From Candidatus Parvarchaeota archaeon (GTDB lineage Archaea > Nanobdellota > Nanobdellia > WJKC01), in NCBI GenBank assembly GCA_030615175.1, contig JAUWZX010000001.1, positions 524,044 to 588,043 of the forward strand: DNA of 64,000 nucleotides, written 5' to 3'. This document shows, in pieces, positions 8,439 through 16,833 of the stretch (its first letter is position 1; each line of letters begins with the position of its first letter). Under the pieces are notes generated by a model. It was given only the letters and a program-made list of their open reading frames with translations, ran no database searches and had not been told where the DNA came from. Position numbers and translations under genes: made by a program.

Positions 8439-8687
8439 TCATTTCAGAGCGCTTTTAATCTCTTCATTCTGTTCAGGTGTTTCACCGTAAGTTTTCTCGC
8501 CTTCAATTTGTGTTGATTCTTCAAGCACGTCCTCTGCTTCCTCTTCTTGTGATTCCTCTTCAATGCTTCCGCAGTCAAGGCATAAATGCTTGTTAAAGTA
8601 ACCGCACTCAGTGCAGAAACGGACGCCGCACTGCCTGCAAGCTTGTAACTCAGCAACGTCTTCACCGCAAACTTCGCATGCACTCAT
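8439..8687 (-). CDS. Small zinc-ribbon protein with acidic tail
   Basis: Four CxxC pairs (CEVC, CRQC, CTEC, CLDC) followed by a Glu-rich C-terminus. The alternative-frame ORF 8444-8683 is a compositional shadow. Confidence 0.55.
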   Translation of the reverse strand: MSACEVCGEDVAELQACRQCGVRFCTECGYFNKHLCLDCGSIEEESQEEEAEDVLEESTQIEGEKTYGETPEQNEEIKSALK

Positions 8688-8800
8688 GTTTAATTCTGAC
8701 TTGCACGTTTTTTATTAGGTTTTTGGTACGTAAAACTTATGATTATTAAAAAGCATATAAAGAAAAAAGTTATTAATTAAGTAATTTGTAAATAATTGTC

Positions 8801-9256
8801 ATGGGGGGCGTTATTAGTTCTGCAAAGGATGAATTAAAACTCGCTGACCACATGGTTTACATAACCCTGCCTCTTTTAGGTGATAGGATGATATTCTTAA
8901 GCGCTGTAAGTCATTTAGGCAAGTCAATAAATAAGTTAATAATCGCGTACTTGGAGCGGGAGAAGAAGTTTAAGCGCTTGGAATTCGTGCCTCCAATTGA
9001 CATGGCTGTTAATTTATTCATTACGAAGTATTCTCAGAGGATAGGGGTTAATGATTATGTTAGCATGATTAAAACCATTAATTCATTTAATAATGTTAGG
9101 GCGAGGTCAAGCATAAAACTAAAAAGAGATGACAAGTTTATAATAATAAGCCCTGAGTATAATATGGTTACGCTTACAGAGGTTGAAGTCAAAAAATATA
9201 TAAGGCAGACAAGTAAATTTATTAGTGTGATGGAGGGTGTGTTAGGTGAAGTCTGA
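8801..9256 (+). CDS. Hypothetical helical protein (tandem paralog 1)
   Basis: 151-aa ORF that overlaps the next gene by 11 nt. Its C-terminal half is colinear with the next protein (KFIIISPEY..TLTEVEVKKYIRQTSKFISV versus AVRIIGYKQ..TADREFFTELIGRVERISN). Confidence 0.45.
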   Translation: MGGVISSAKDELKLADHMVYITLPLLGDRMIFLSAVSHLGKSINKLIIAYLEREKKFKRLEFVPPIDMAVNLFITKYSQRIGVNDYVSMIKTINSFNNVRARSSIKLKRDDKFIIISPEYNMVTLTEVEVKKYIRQTSKFISVMEGVLGEV

Positions 9257-9650
9257 GGAAATAATTAGTGAATTAATGATGGTTGGTAAGTACATTAATA
9301 ATTTTAGTTATATTTCAGGAACTCAGGTTAAAATGATTGTTTATCATTTAATAAGGACTCTTGATAAGGTAGCGAGTTATGTTATTGGTGAGGAAACAGT
9401 TCTTGAGAGGGATTACTTAACCTTGAGTAAGTATAGGTTATTCAGTGACATGGAGTTAGAGGATGATTTCTATGATATTTATTTTTACTTGAAGAATTTA
9501 ATGGATAAGTCAATACTTAGGGTTTCAAGCGAGGCGGTTAGGATTATTGGTTATAAGCAGACAATAACTGCTGACAGGGAGTTCTTCACTGAGTTAATAG
9601 GTAGGGTTGAAAGAATATCAAATGATGTTGCTTCTCATTTTTCTAAGTAA
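9246..9650 (+). CDS. Hypothetical helical protein (tandem paralog 2)
   Basis: 134-aa ORF, translationally coupled to 8801-9256. Confidence 0.45.
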   Translation: MKSEEIISELMMVGKYINNFSYISGTQVKMIVYHLIRTLDKVASYVIGEETVLERDYLTLSKYRLFSDMELEDDFYDIYFYLKNLMDKSILRVSSEAVRIIGYKQTITADREFFTELIGRVERISNDVASHFSK

Positions 9651-10021
9651 TTGATTAATTCGCTTAGGTCTTTGTTAATGAGGTCTTTTGCTTTTGGAAT
9701 AATTTCTCCTTCATAAATTCTTAGTTTACTGAAGTCGAATTCCATTAGTCCTTCGTAGAAAGTAGATGAGTTCGCGGCGTGTATTGCTCCTGTAAATGCT
9801 TTACTTCCGAATGCGCGTCCAATAACAATGCCTAGGTTGTTTGGGTGGCGTGTATCACCTATTAGGGCAATAAAAGTTCCTCCTTTCCTGGCTTGTGTGA
9901 AGCCTGTTCTTTTTAGCAGTCCTTCCTCTCTTTTCTTCTCTAGGTATTGTACAATATCAATTTCATTGTTCAAGTATTGTTTAAATTCTTCGTTCATCAC
10001 GGAAAATGTGTAATTAATCAT
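9635..10021 (-). CDS. Hypothetical protein
   Basis: 128-aa ORF. No motif recognised. Confidence 0.45.
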   Translation of the reverse strand: MINYTFSVMNEEFKQYLNNEIDIVQYLEKKREEGLLKRTGFTQARKGGTFIALIGDTRHPNNLGIVIGRAFGSKAFTGAIHAANSSTFYEGLMEFDFSKLRIYEGEIIPKAKDLINKDLSELINYLEK

Positions 10022-10038
10022 TTATAAACATTTCTGAA

Positions 10039-10809
10039 TTAAGGTTTTAATGGTTTCACTGGTTTCTTTATAGTTATTGGTGGCGGTATTGTTGGAGTTC
10101 TGGCTGGAGGCACTGCCCTCCTGTAAGCAGGGGGTACTGGCCTGCTGATTGGAGTTCTTGCTTGGGGTGTTACAGGCCTTCTTGGAGGATAAGTTGTGAT
10201 TCTTTCATACCTGGGCGGTCTTGCAGGCGCTGTGGTTGGAGCTGGTGCCGGCACTGCTGCCGGGATTTCTTTTGTAATTGGTTTGCCTATGCGTTTCCAT
10301 AAGTATTTGGTTAGTAAAGTCATGATTAAGTCAATTGTTGCGTAAATGATTATGAATGCGAGCAGCATTTGGAAGAATTGGGTTATGTCTGTTATTATTA
10401 GGATGTCTTGGATGAGTAGCATTGCGGCAACGTTAATGGCTGATATCTCGCCTATTCTTGCGATGTATTTAGTGATTTTTTTGCCTTGCAGTACTAGTCT
10501 CATGATGAAGACTGCGTAGACGAATAGTAGTATTACGAAGAATAGTTTCCAGATTATTAATGGGTCTGTGAAGAAGTTTTGAATGATGTATTCGCCTAGT
10601 TGGAAGCCGACCCATAGTACTGCGAAGCCGTTTAGGAATCGGTTCGCTTCATCTTCGTATTCTTTGCCTTTGGTGATGAATAGTGTTGCGAACCATGTGG
10701 TGTAGATTGGCAGTAATTGCCATAGGACTGCGAAGTTCAGTAATTGAACGCCCAGCACATTGCCCATCTGCACGAGCATTCCCCAGAGGAAATCCAGCAC
10801 AACAACCAT
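10039..10809 (-). CDS. Polytopic membrane protein with Pro/Arg/Thr-rich C-terminal tail; paralog of 61941-62567
   Basis: Shares LW.L[IL]P[IV]Y..W ... NG....LWVG ... Y[IL]I[QE] with the 208-aa protein at 61941-62567. The C-terminal ~75 aa are PAAVPAPAPTTAPARPPRY...PPPITIKKPVKPLKP. Confidence 0.6.
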   Translation of the reverse strand: MVVVLDFLWGMLVQMGNVLGVQLLNFAVLWQLLPIYTTWFATLFITKGKEYEDEANRFLNGFAVLWVGFQLGEYIIQNFFTDPLIIWKLFFVILLFVYAVFIMRLVLQGKKITKYIARIGEISAINVAAMLLIQDILIITDITQFFQMLLAFIIIYATIDLIMTLLTKYLWKRIGKPITKEIPAAVPAPAPTTAPARPPRYERITTYPPRRPVTPQARTPISRPVPPAYRRAVPPARTPTIPPPITIKKPVKPLKP

Positions 10810-11048
10810 TCTAATATAGTGAATAAGTAGAGTAATATAAAACTTGTTTTTTACGAATTGAATTACTTATTAAAATATAATAAAAGTTTAAATTCAAGGA
10901 GAGGGAAGATTCTTTATACACTGTGGTAGCGAAATGACATCCTTTTGTTACACCCACGTAATACGAGCAAAAGTAAATCTGTTACTATAACACCCAAAGG
11001 ACAAAAAAACCAAAAAAATTTATAAGTCACTTTTTTAGCATTATAATA

Positions 11049-11195
11049 ATGAAAAGATTGTTAGAACTTTTAGTATATCCGAAGAAAGTAACAAAATGGT
11101 CTATATTTAAGTTGATAGTTAGTTCTCTGCCTTTGATAGCATTTGTAATATATGTAATATACATTATAATAGTCTCCTTGGGAAACATCCCCTAG
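11049..11195 (+). CDS. Possible 48-aa single-TM micro-protein
   Basis: ATG-initiated ORF MKRLLELLVYPKKVTKWSIFKLIVSSLPLIAFVIYVIYIIIVSLGNIP, below the ORF-track cutoff. It lies in a ~480-bp gap with no tracked ORF. No other support. Confidence 0.2.
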   Translation: MKRLLELLVYPKKVTKWSIFKLIVSSLPLIAFVIYVIYIIIVSLGNIP

Positions 11196-11293
11196 AATTG
11201 TTATAAACCTCAAATTCACGCCCTGCAATTAAGGGGTGCTAGTAAAACGAGGGATTAAAAAAGCTTTTATTTTCATGATTTTATATAGTTATA

Positions 11294-11629
11294 ATGGAAA
11301 AAAAGAAAGGGAAACAACTAGAGGGCAGAAAATATAGTATCCTAAAAACAATAATCACGGTTTTATCAGTAGCTTGGATGATTGCCTTGTTTGGGTTTTG
11401 TCCTTTGGGTGTAGGAATTTGTATTAGGGCTTCCATCTTTGCAATAGGTATCATGATAGAAATGCCTATTATCATTGCTGTTTATCTTTTGATAGATTAC
11501 GGACTTAAAGCCGTTCGGAAAAGAAATATAATATTTGGTGTTGTTGCAATAGGTTTAGGCGTTGTTTTAGGAGTTGTTTTAGGATTTATTGTCTTTATTA
11601 CTTTATTCTTTTCGCTCGGACCTGCCTAA
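11294..11629 (+). CDS. Small membrane protein (3 predicted TM)
   Basis: 111-aa hydrophobic ORF. It uses ATA/AAA/AGA/GGA codons, unlike the flanking genes. Confidence 0.45.
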   Translation: MEKKKGKQLEGRKYSILKTIITVLSVAWMIALFGFCPLGVGICIRASIFAIGIMIEMPIIIAVYLLIDYGLKAVRKRNIIFGVVAIGLGVVLGVVLGFIVFITLFFSLGPA

Positions 11630-11665
11630 GATTAAGAAATAATAAAGTTTTTATACGCTTGTTTT

Positions 11666-11905
11666 TTAGTCATTAATATCTAGTAACTGTTTTAGTTTTA
11701 TTTCGTCAAAGCCAACTATGATGGTGCCGTTAACGTCAATTACTGGCACGCCCATCTGCCCTGACTTAGCAATCATTTCCTGAGCAGCCGCCTGGTCAGC
11801 CCCAACATCCTTATCAATGAATGGGATTTTATGCTTTTTAAAGAAATCCTTAATCCTGACGCACCAAGGGCACGTACTCGTACTATATACGACTACTTTT
11901 ACCAT
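11666..11905 (-). CDS. Glutaredoxin-like protein (CPWC)
   Basis: VVVYSTSTCPWCVRIKDFF ... GVPVIDVNGTIIVGFD is the classic small glutaredoxin/NrdH layout. Confidence 0.85.
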   Translation of the reverse strand: MVKVVVYSTSTCPWCVRIKDFFKKHKIPFIDKDVGADQAAAQEMIAKSGQMGVPVIDVNGTIIVGFDEIKLKQLLDIND

Positions 11906-11919
11906 AGGAATTATAAATT

Positions 11920-13611
11920 ATGAAGTCTTTATTAATGTTATCCATGATAATAAAGCATGCAGCAAAAAAAGGATTCTTAAGCAAAGAAGTGGATTACAAT
12001 AAACATAAATTCACTCTAACTAATAAGAAAAACGCGTTCTACACATCAAACCTTGATGGAAAACAAGATTCAAGGTATAACGGGTTATACACCAGGATTA
12101 ATGATGAATACTTTAAAACACTTGAATCAATAAGGACTAATGGCGAAGTACTGGAAGCAGTGAAGTACAGGAACTCAGTTATAATAAAGAAATCCTCATT
12201 AACAGAGAATTACTACATGCCTGAAGCCATTAATGCATTAATATACGAGGCAAGAGGCAAAGGCAGACTTGAAATAATGGTTGATTACAAGAAAATATTC
12301 AGTAATGACAACACAATAAAGCCTGAAGTGAAAAGGCTTAACGGGGTCTGGACAGTGAAATTCAATAATGTTAAGCCAGCATACTTAATCACTGCAACAA
12401 ACCTGAAATTAAATGAATCAATGAATGAATCATTAATTAATTACGAATTAGACGAGCATAGGAATTCAATGCCAAGCAATAGAACAGTTTACAAAATATT
12501 TAACGCTGAAATAAAGAAGCCATTAAGAATTGCATTCATAGTCACTGATGACCTGGATAAAGGATTAAGCAGTGCAGAGGAATTACTGAAAACGAGATTA
12601 AAGAATAAGGATTCAGAACCGGTTAATGAATCATTAAAGAAACTAATATTTAATAAAAGAATAATTGCCGGGCTGCCATGGTTCATTAAGCCATGGGCAA
12701 GGGATGAATTAATATCACTAAAAGCATTATTGTTACTGGACAGGAAGGATTTATTTAAGAAAATAATAATGAATTACGTTAAAAGGATTCCTGGAAATGG
12801 TTTGTTCAGTAATAACGGCAGGGTGATGGCTGACTCGACAGGATGGCTTTCCAAAAGAATTAATGATTACTTGGATGCAGGCCTTAAATTCAGCAGTGAA
12901 GAAAGGGAATTAATAATCAATGAGTTAAGCAGGGCAGTTAAGTCAATACTAAAAGAGCGCTCGCGTAATGGTTTAATCATTAATAATGCAGGGGAGACGT
13001 GGATGGATTCATTAATGCGTGACGGTTCAAGAATTGAGATTCAAGCACTGCAGTTAAGCACTTATAAGTTAATGAGCAGGCTAACTAAAGCGCCCAGGTA
13101 CGTGGCGATGGAGCGGAAATTAAAGAAGCGAGTAATAGAGGAATTCTACAGTAACGGAGTATTACATGACTCGCCGGGTGATGAAGTATTCAGGCCTAAC
13201 GCATTCATCGCGTACTACGTGTACCCTGAATTACTTAAGAAGAGTGAATGGCTTCATTGCTTTAAGAGATTACTGGAAGAATTATGGCTGCCGTGGAATG
13301 GCTTGGCAAGCGTTAGCAGGCAAAGCATTTTATACAGGGATGTTGATGATGGCGAATCATCATTTGCTTACCATAATGGTGACTCATGGTATTACATTAA
13401 TAATATTGCAGGCATTTGCATGAATGACTTCACAGAACTACGAGAGTACGCTAATAAGATTAAGGAATCAAGCATTAATGACTTATTGTATCAGGGCTCT
13501 ATCAGTGACTGCTCAGAGATTAGTGATGCTAAAGAACAGGATAGTGGTGGCGCGTGGGCTCAGGCGTGGAGTGCTGCAACACTGATTGAATTAAGGTCTC
13601 TTGCGCCTTAA
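11920..13611 (+). CDS. Amylo-alpha-1,6-glucosidase / archaeal-type glycogen debranching enzyme (GDE_C family)
   Basis: Motifs GLPWFIKPWARDELISL, GETWMDS, RPNAFIAYYVYPELL, YHNGDSWYYINN and GGAWAQAWSAATLIEL are typical of the (alpha/alpha)6 GDE C-terminal domain. Confidence 0.8.
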   Translation: MKSLLMLSMIIKHAAKKGFLSKEVDYNKHKFTLTNKKNAFYTSNLDGKQDSRYNGLYTRINDEYFKTLESIRTNGEVLEAVKYRNSVIIKKSSLTENYYMPEAINALIYEARGKGRLEIMVDYKKIFSNDNTIKPEVKRLNGVWTVKFNNVKPAYLITATNLKLNESMNESLINYELDEHRNSMPSNRTVYKIFNAEIKKPLRIAFIVTDDLDKGLSSAEELLKTRLKNKDSEPVNESLKKLIFNKRIIAGLPWFIKPWARDELISLKALLLLDRKDLFKKIIMNYVKRIPGNGLFSNNGRVMADSTGWLSKRINDYLDAGLKFSSEERELIINELSRAVKSILKERSRNGLIINNAGETWMDSLMRDGSRIEIQALQLSTYKLMSRLTKAPRYVAMERKLKKRVIEEFYSNGVLHDSPGDEVFRPNAFIAYYVYPELLKKSEWLHCFKRLLEELWLPWNGLASVSRQSILYRDVDDGESSFAYHNGDSWYYINNIAGICMNDFTELREYANKIKESSINDLLYQGSISDCSEISDAKEQDSGGAWAQAWSAATLIELRSLAP

Positions 13612-14649
13612 GAACTTGTTCCAGATAATGAATCCAACAATTATTCCAACAATTATTAATATTAAAACCCTGTTAGTCGTTAACTCAAAGTTAAACGGCA
13701 CGTAATCAATAATGCTGAACTGAGTTTTTAATTCAGTTATTTCAGTGCCGTTACTGTAATAAATAGTGATGCTGGTCACTTCAGTTTTATTCAACTCGAA
13801 AATAACTTCCCCTGTCTTATTAGCTTCTGATAATCCTTCCCTAATTATTGTCTGAAAACCTCTTGCAAAGTCAAAAGTCCTTATGTTAACAGTGTAATTC
13901 GAACCCTTGTTCCCTGAATTAGTTAATAAGAATTTAATAATAGTGTTATTAACTCCCTGCGACACATTCATGGCTGAAACATTTAATTCAATAATAGGTA
14001 TTATAACGCTTATCTCTCTTTGAATGCTTGACTGCTTGTCAGCGTAAACTCCAATAACGTTAAGCGTTGCATTATAATCACTTTCCGGTTTCTTAACAGT
14101 TATCCGCAGCGTTTTATTCTCGCTTGGCTGCACTGAGAATGTTTGAGGGATTATCGTGATATCTGATTCAGCGCCTAAGAAGTAAGTTGTGAAACTAACC
14201 CTGGTGTTCCCGTTATTAATCACTGTTAATTCAGTGCTGGTTACTTCATTAAATGTGTAAATAACATTTAATTCTGATATTTCAAAGTTTGTTAACTCAG
14301 TTATTGTAACGTTCTTGCTGCTCGTCACTGCCAGTTCTTGGAAGGCTTCAGAATTAATTATTAATCTTAACTGGTACTCGCCTGCCTCAAGGTTAGAGAC
14401 ATTATAGTATATTGATTCCTCGTAAGGTGAGTTAATGCCTGACTCATTAATGATTAAGTAATCATTTTCATCGTTAAGCAGTCTTATTGAATAATTAAAT
14501 GACTCTTCTAAGTCAAGATTTACTTCGTAATTAATTGTTAAATTATTATTAATTCCTATTGTTTCCTGCAATGGTTCAATACTGACTGTTAATCCTAGCG
14601 CGGCATTCATTATTAATAATGACGCTAGCATGACTATTATCCGCTTCAT
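13591..14649 (-). CDS. Cell-surface protein, N-terminal signal plus C-terminal TM anchor, many N-x-S/T sequons
   Basis: Signal peptide MKRIIVMLASLLIMNAALG. Repetitive beta-rich body with many NxT/NxS sites. C-terminus LILIIVGIIVGFIIWNKFLRRKRP. Confidence 0.6.
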   Translation of the reverse strand: MKRIIVMLASLLIMNAALGLTVSIEPLQETIGINNNLTINYEVNLDLEESFNYSIRLLNDENDYLIINESGINSPYEESIYYNVSNLEAGEYQLRLIINSEAFQELAVTSSKNVTITELTNFEISELNVIYTFNEVTSTELTVINNGNTRVSFTTYFLGAESDITIIPQTFSVQPSENKTLRITVKKPESDYNATLNVIGVYADKQSSIQREISVIIPIIELNVSAMNVSQGVNNTIIKFLLTNSGNKGSNYTVNIRTFDFARGFQTIIREGLSEANKTGEVIFELNKTEVTSITIYYSNGTEITELKTQFSIIDYVPFNFELTTNRVLILIIVGIIVGFIIWNKFLRRKRP

Positions 14650-14835
14650 AACGAAATTCTTACTCAGTTCTTTTTTATAACTTTTTCTTAATCCTCTCCC
14701 TGTCCCGTAATACTTGATTTTTTTCCTAATATGAATGGATTACCGGAAAAAGGGACATATGCTATCCGCGCCTTTATAATAGGATTATTATTATTCTCTT
14801 AATCATGAACAGTATTATGGGGGGCGCTGTAGGAA

Positions 14836-15342
14836 TTGGTGATTTCCTTGCCATTACTCCATGACGACTCATTCACTAGTTTACTAAAAGCTGCCATTCT
14901 ATCTGAAGTCAGGATTAATAAAATTAATAATCATGAATTAATTAATGTTAATGACTTCTCCCTTAAGCGCTGTCTTCTGGAATGGGAGTGGGCTCATGAG
15001 CCTTCAAGTGATGTTTCAAAGTTAAGCAATGCTGTCGGATTATTCATTCTTCATGAACGTAAAGATTATGAATTATTATTCAAGGTTTTAAGGCAGGCAT
15101 TAATTAAGGGTTCTGGATTCATATTTTCAGGCTGCAGCCCTGAAGCCGTTAAGTTCTGCAGCATGGTCAGGTCTGTTCGTTCAGAATTCCATAAGGCACG
15201 CATCTTTACCAAGCTTAGAGAAGAGGGAGGCAAGTTATTCTGCAATTACTTCTTCAGTCATCGGATTAATGACTTATTAATTAATCATTTCACCAGGCAA
15301 TTCCCTGATAAGGAGGTCGTGTTTTTACAATCCAGTGAATAA
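14836..15342 (+). CDS. DUF4130-like (probable DNA-metabolism protein family) domain protein
   Basis: The C-terminal region VRSEFHKARIFTKLREEGGKLFCNYFFSHRINDLLINHFTRQFPDKEVVF follows the DUF4130/TIGR03915 pattern (hr..gf.RF....l.a...P.h.il.ll..HF..RF). The start codon is uncertain (TTG/GTG). Confidence 0.4.
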   Translation: MVISLPLLHDDSFTSLLKAAILSEVRINKINNHELINVNDFSLKRCLLEWEWAHEPSSDVSKLSNAVGLFILHERKDYELLFKVLRQALIKGSGFIFSGCSPEAVKFCSMVRSVRSEFHKARIFTKLREEGGKLFCNYFFSHRINDLLINHFTRQFPDKEVVFLQSSE

Positions 15343-15771
15343 TGGCTGCCCTGCAAAGTATAATAATCCTATTTTTGTGAAGACTGTTATCACGTCAAAC
15401 GTTAAGTTATTAAATATTGATTCCTCAGAAGTGAATCCTCTTAGAGCGTCAAGCAGTAAGTCAATTATTAGGAATGTTATTATTATTGGCATTGCATTAA
15501 TAATTGTTGCTAAAAACTTTTCCTGAATTATTAGTATTGTTTCGTGTCTGATTAGTGCTGGCAGTAACCATATCAGGGAGTATAATAACAGGTCATAAAT
15601 GAATCCTCCTACCTTCTTTACTGGCAGTGTCCCTATTGTCGCGCTTAAGAGTAGGAACAGGGTTGCGATAGTGCTTACCTGCACTGGTTCAAAGGGGGAT
15701 GTTAGTGATAATAGTACTGCGATTGAGAAGAATACTAATCCTAATATTAGTCTTGTTGTCGCGTTTAACAT
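15325..15771 (-). CDS. Membrane protein, hypothetical
   Basis: 148-aa hydrophobic ORF immediately downstream of the SPFH gene on the same strand. Confidence 0.5.
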   Translation of the reverse strand: MLNATTRLILGLVFFSIAVLLSLTSPFEPVQVSTIATLFLLLSATIGTLPVKKVGGFIYDLLLYSLIWLLPALIRHETILIIQEKFLATIINAMPIIITFLIIDLLLDALRGFTSEESIFNNLTFDVITVFTKIGLLYFAGQPLFTGL

Positions 15772-15779
15772 AACCCTGC

Positions 15780-16673
15780 TTATTTTTGTGATTCAAGTAT
15801 CTTGCCTTTGAACGCGTTAACCATTCCCGTAACGTTTAATCCTGCAAGCGCTTTTCCCACATCTCCTTTCATTCCGTCAAGAATGCTCATGAATTGCATT
15901 GGGAATATTAATTTAGTTGCCTGCCCCTTGCCTAATTCCTTTAACGCTTCTAAGTATAGGTACATTATGCTGAAGTCGTCAAGTTTCTTAGCTGCCTCGC
16001 CTATGGCTTCAATTCCTACTTTCCTTGCTTCAGCCCTGAATCTTTGGGCTTGTAATTGCTGTGCTTCTATCTCTTTTGCCTGCATTGCTTCAGCTATCTC
16101 TTCTGGTGGTGTTATACCGCTTACTTGAACCATGTCAACGTCTATTCCCCACTTCATTGTTTTATGCCTTATAGCATCCTTTAGTAAGTCATTTAGTTTT
16201 CCTAAATTAGCGAATACTTCTCTCATCGTCATTGACGCTATCGTGTTCCTCGTCTCGCTTAGCACTAAATTATTTATTCCGCGCTGGTAACTCTTAACTT
16301 TCAGTATTGCTTTTTCAGGGTCAATTATTTTGTAATAATATACGCCGCTTAATTTTAGTCTTAAGTCATCGCTCGTGAACGCTACTGGGACTACCATGTT
16401 CATTGTGTGGGTGCGCACGTCTATTTTAGCGAATTCCTTTTCAAAGAATGGAATGACTATTGACCAGCCTGGACCAGCCACCCTGTTGAACTTGCCCATC
16501 CTGAATATTATTGCGCGCTCCGTTTCCTCGTATTTTTTTACGAAGAATTTGAAGAATAAGGCTATCACGATTAAGCCTCCCATTAAGTAAGTGAGTATTC
16601 TAAATGCCTGGTTGATTATCCATAATAGTATTAGTCCTATTATTCCAGCAACCACTAATAATTCTATTAACAT
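15780..16673 (-). CDS. SPFH/band-7 (stomatin/prohibitin-like) protein
   Basis: N-terminal TM, then ERAIIFRMGKFNRVAGPGWSIVIPFFE..IDVRT ... VYYYKIIDPEKA. Ends in a coiled-coil Ala/Glu-rich tail. Confidence 0.85.
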   Translation of the reverse strand: MLIELLVVAGIIGLILLWIINQAFRILTYLMGGLIVIALFFKFFVKKYEETERAIIFRMGKFNRVAGPGWSIVIPFFEKEFAKIDVRTHTMNMVVPVAFTSDDLRLKLSGVYYYKIIDPEKAILKVKSYQRGINNLVLSETRNTIASMTMREVFANLGKLNDLLKDAIRHKTMKWGIDVDMVQVSGITPPEEIAEAMQAKEIEAQQLQAQRFRAEARKVGIEAIGEAAKKLDDFSIMYLYLEALKELGKGQATKLIFPMQFMSILDGMKGDVGKALAGLNVTGMVNAFKGKILESQK

Positions 16674-16714
16674 GCTTCAATATATTAAATAGTATTACAT
16701 TCTTATATCTTTTT

Positions 16715-16790
16715 TGCAAGAACCCTTTTCTTTATAAGAAAAGCGTTCACGGAAAAGAATATTTTTTGATGGTTTTGTACCCTCTTTTTT
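16715..16790 (+). other. Orphan copy of the tRNA-intron module (colinear with tRNA-Leu T-arm/intron region), no tRNA body
   Basis: The blocks TGCAAG, AACCCTTTT, AAAAGCGTTCACGGAAAA (17/18 identical to both intron copies), GGTTTTG and CCCT occur in the same order as in 8032-8101. There is no acceptor, D or anticodon arm nearby. Confidence 0.4.
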
Positions 16791-16833
16791 GTAATATAAA
16801 TTTTTTTAAGCATGGTTCTGATATGTAAGTTTT

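Noticed and set aside
8444-8683. 79-aa alternative-frame ORF overlapping the zinc-ribbon gene
   Set aside because: It is on the same strand in a different frame. Its translation is Ala/Leu/Lys-rich with no motif, whereas the 82-aa frame has four CxxC pairs.
14701-14757. Nested inverted repeats (TGTCCC/GGGACA and TTTTTCC/GGAAAAA) in the divergent intergenic region, partly resembling the ACGGAAAA part of the intron module
   Set aside because: The stems are short and mostly A-U, so they are expected by chance in AT-rich DNA. Similarity to the intron module is limited to CGGAAAAA.
8114-16714. Integrated mobile element bounded by tRNA-Leu and the orphan T-arm/intron-like copy
   Set aside because: No integrase, replication or capsid-like gene is present. 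The segment carries ordinary genes (glutaredoxin, debranching enzyme, SPFH). The two boundary sequences are too diverged for a recent att duplication. It is kept only as an alternative explanation in the orphan-copy finding.
16764-16822. C/D-box sRNA downstream of the orphan intron module (TGATGG ... CTGA)
   Set aside because: The C box is imperfect (TGATGG). No D'/C' boxes and no terminal stem are recognisable, so the spacing alone is not evidence.
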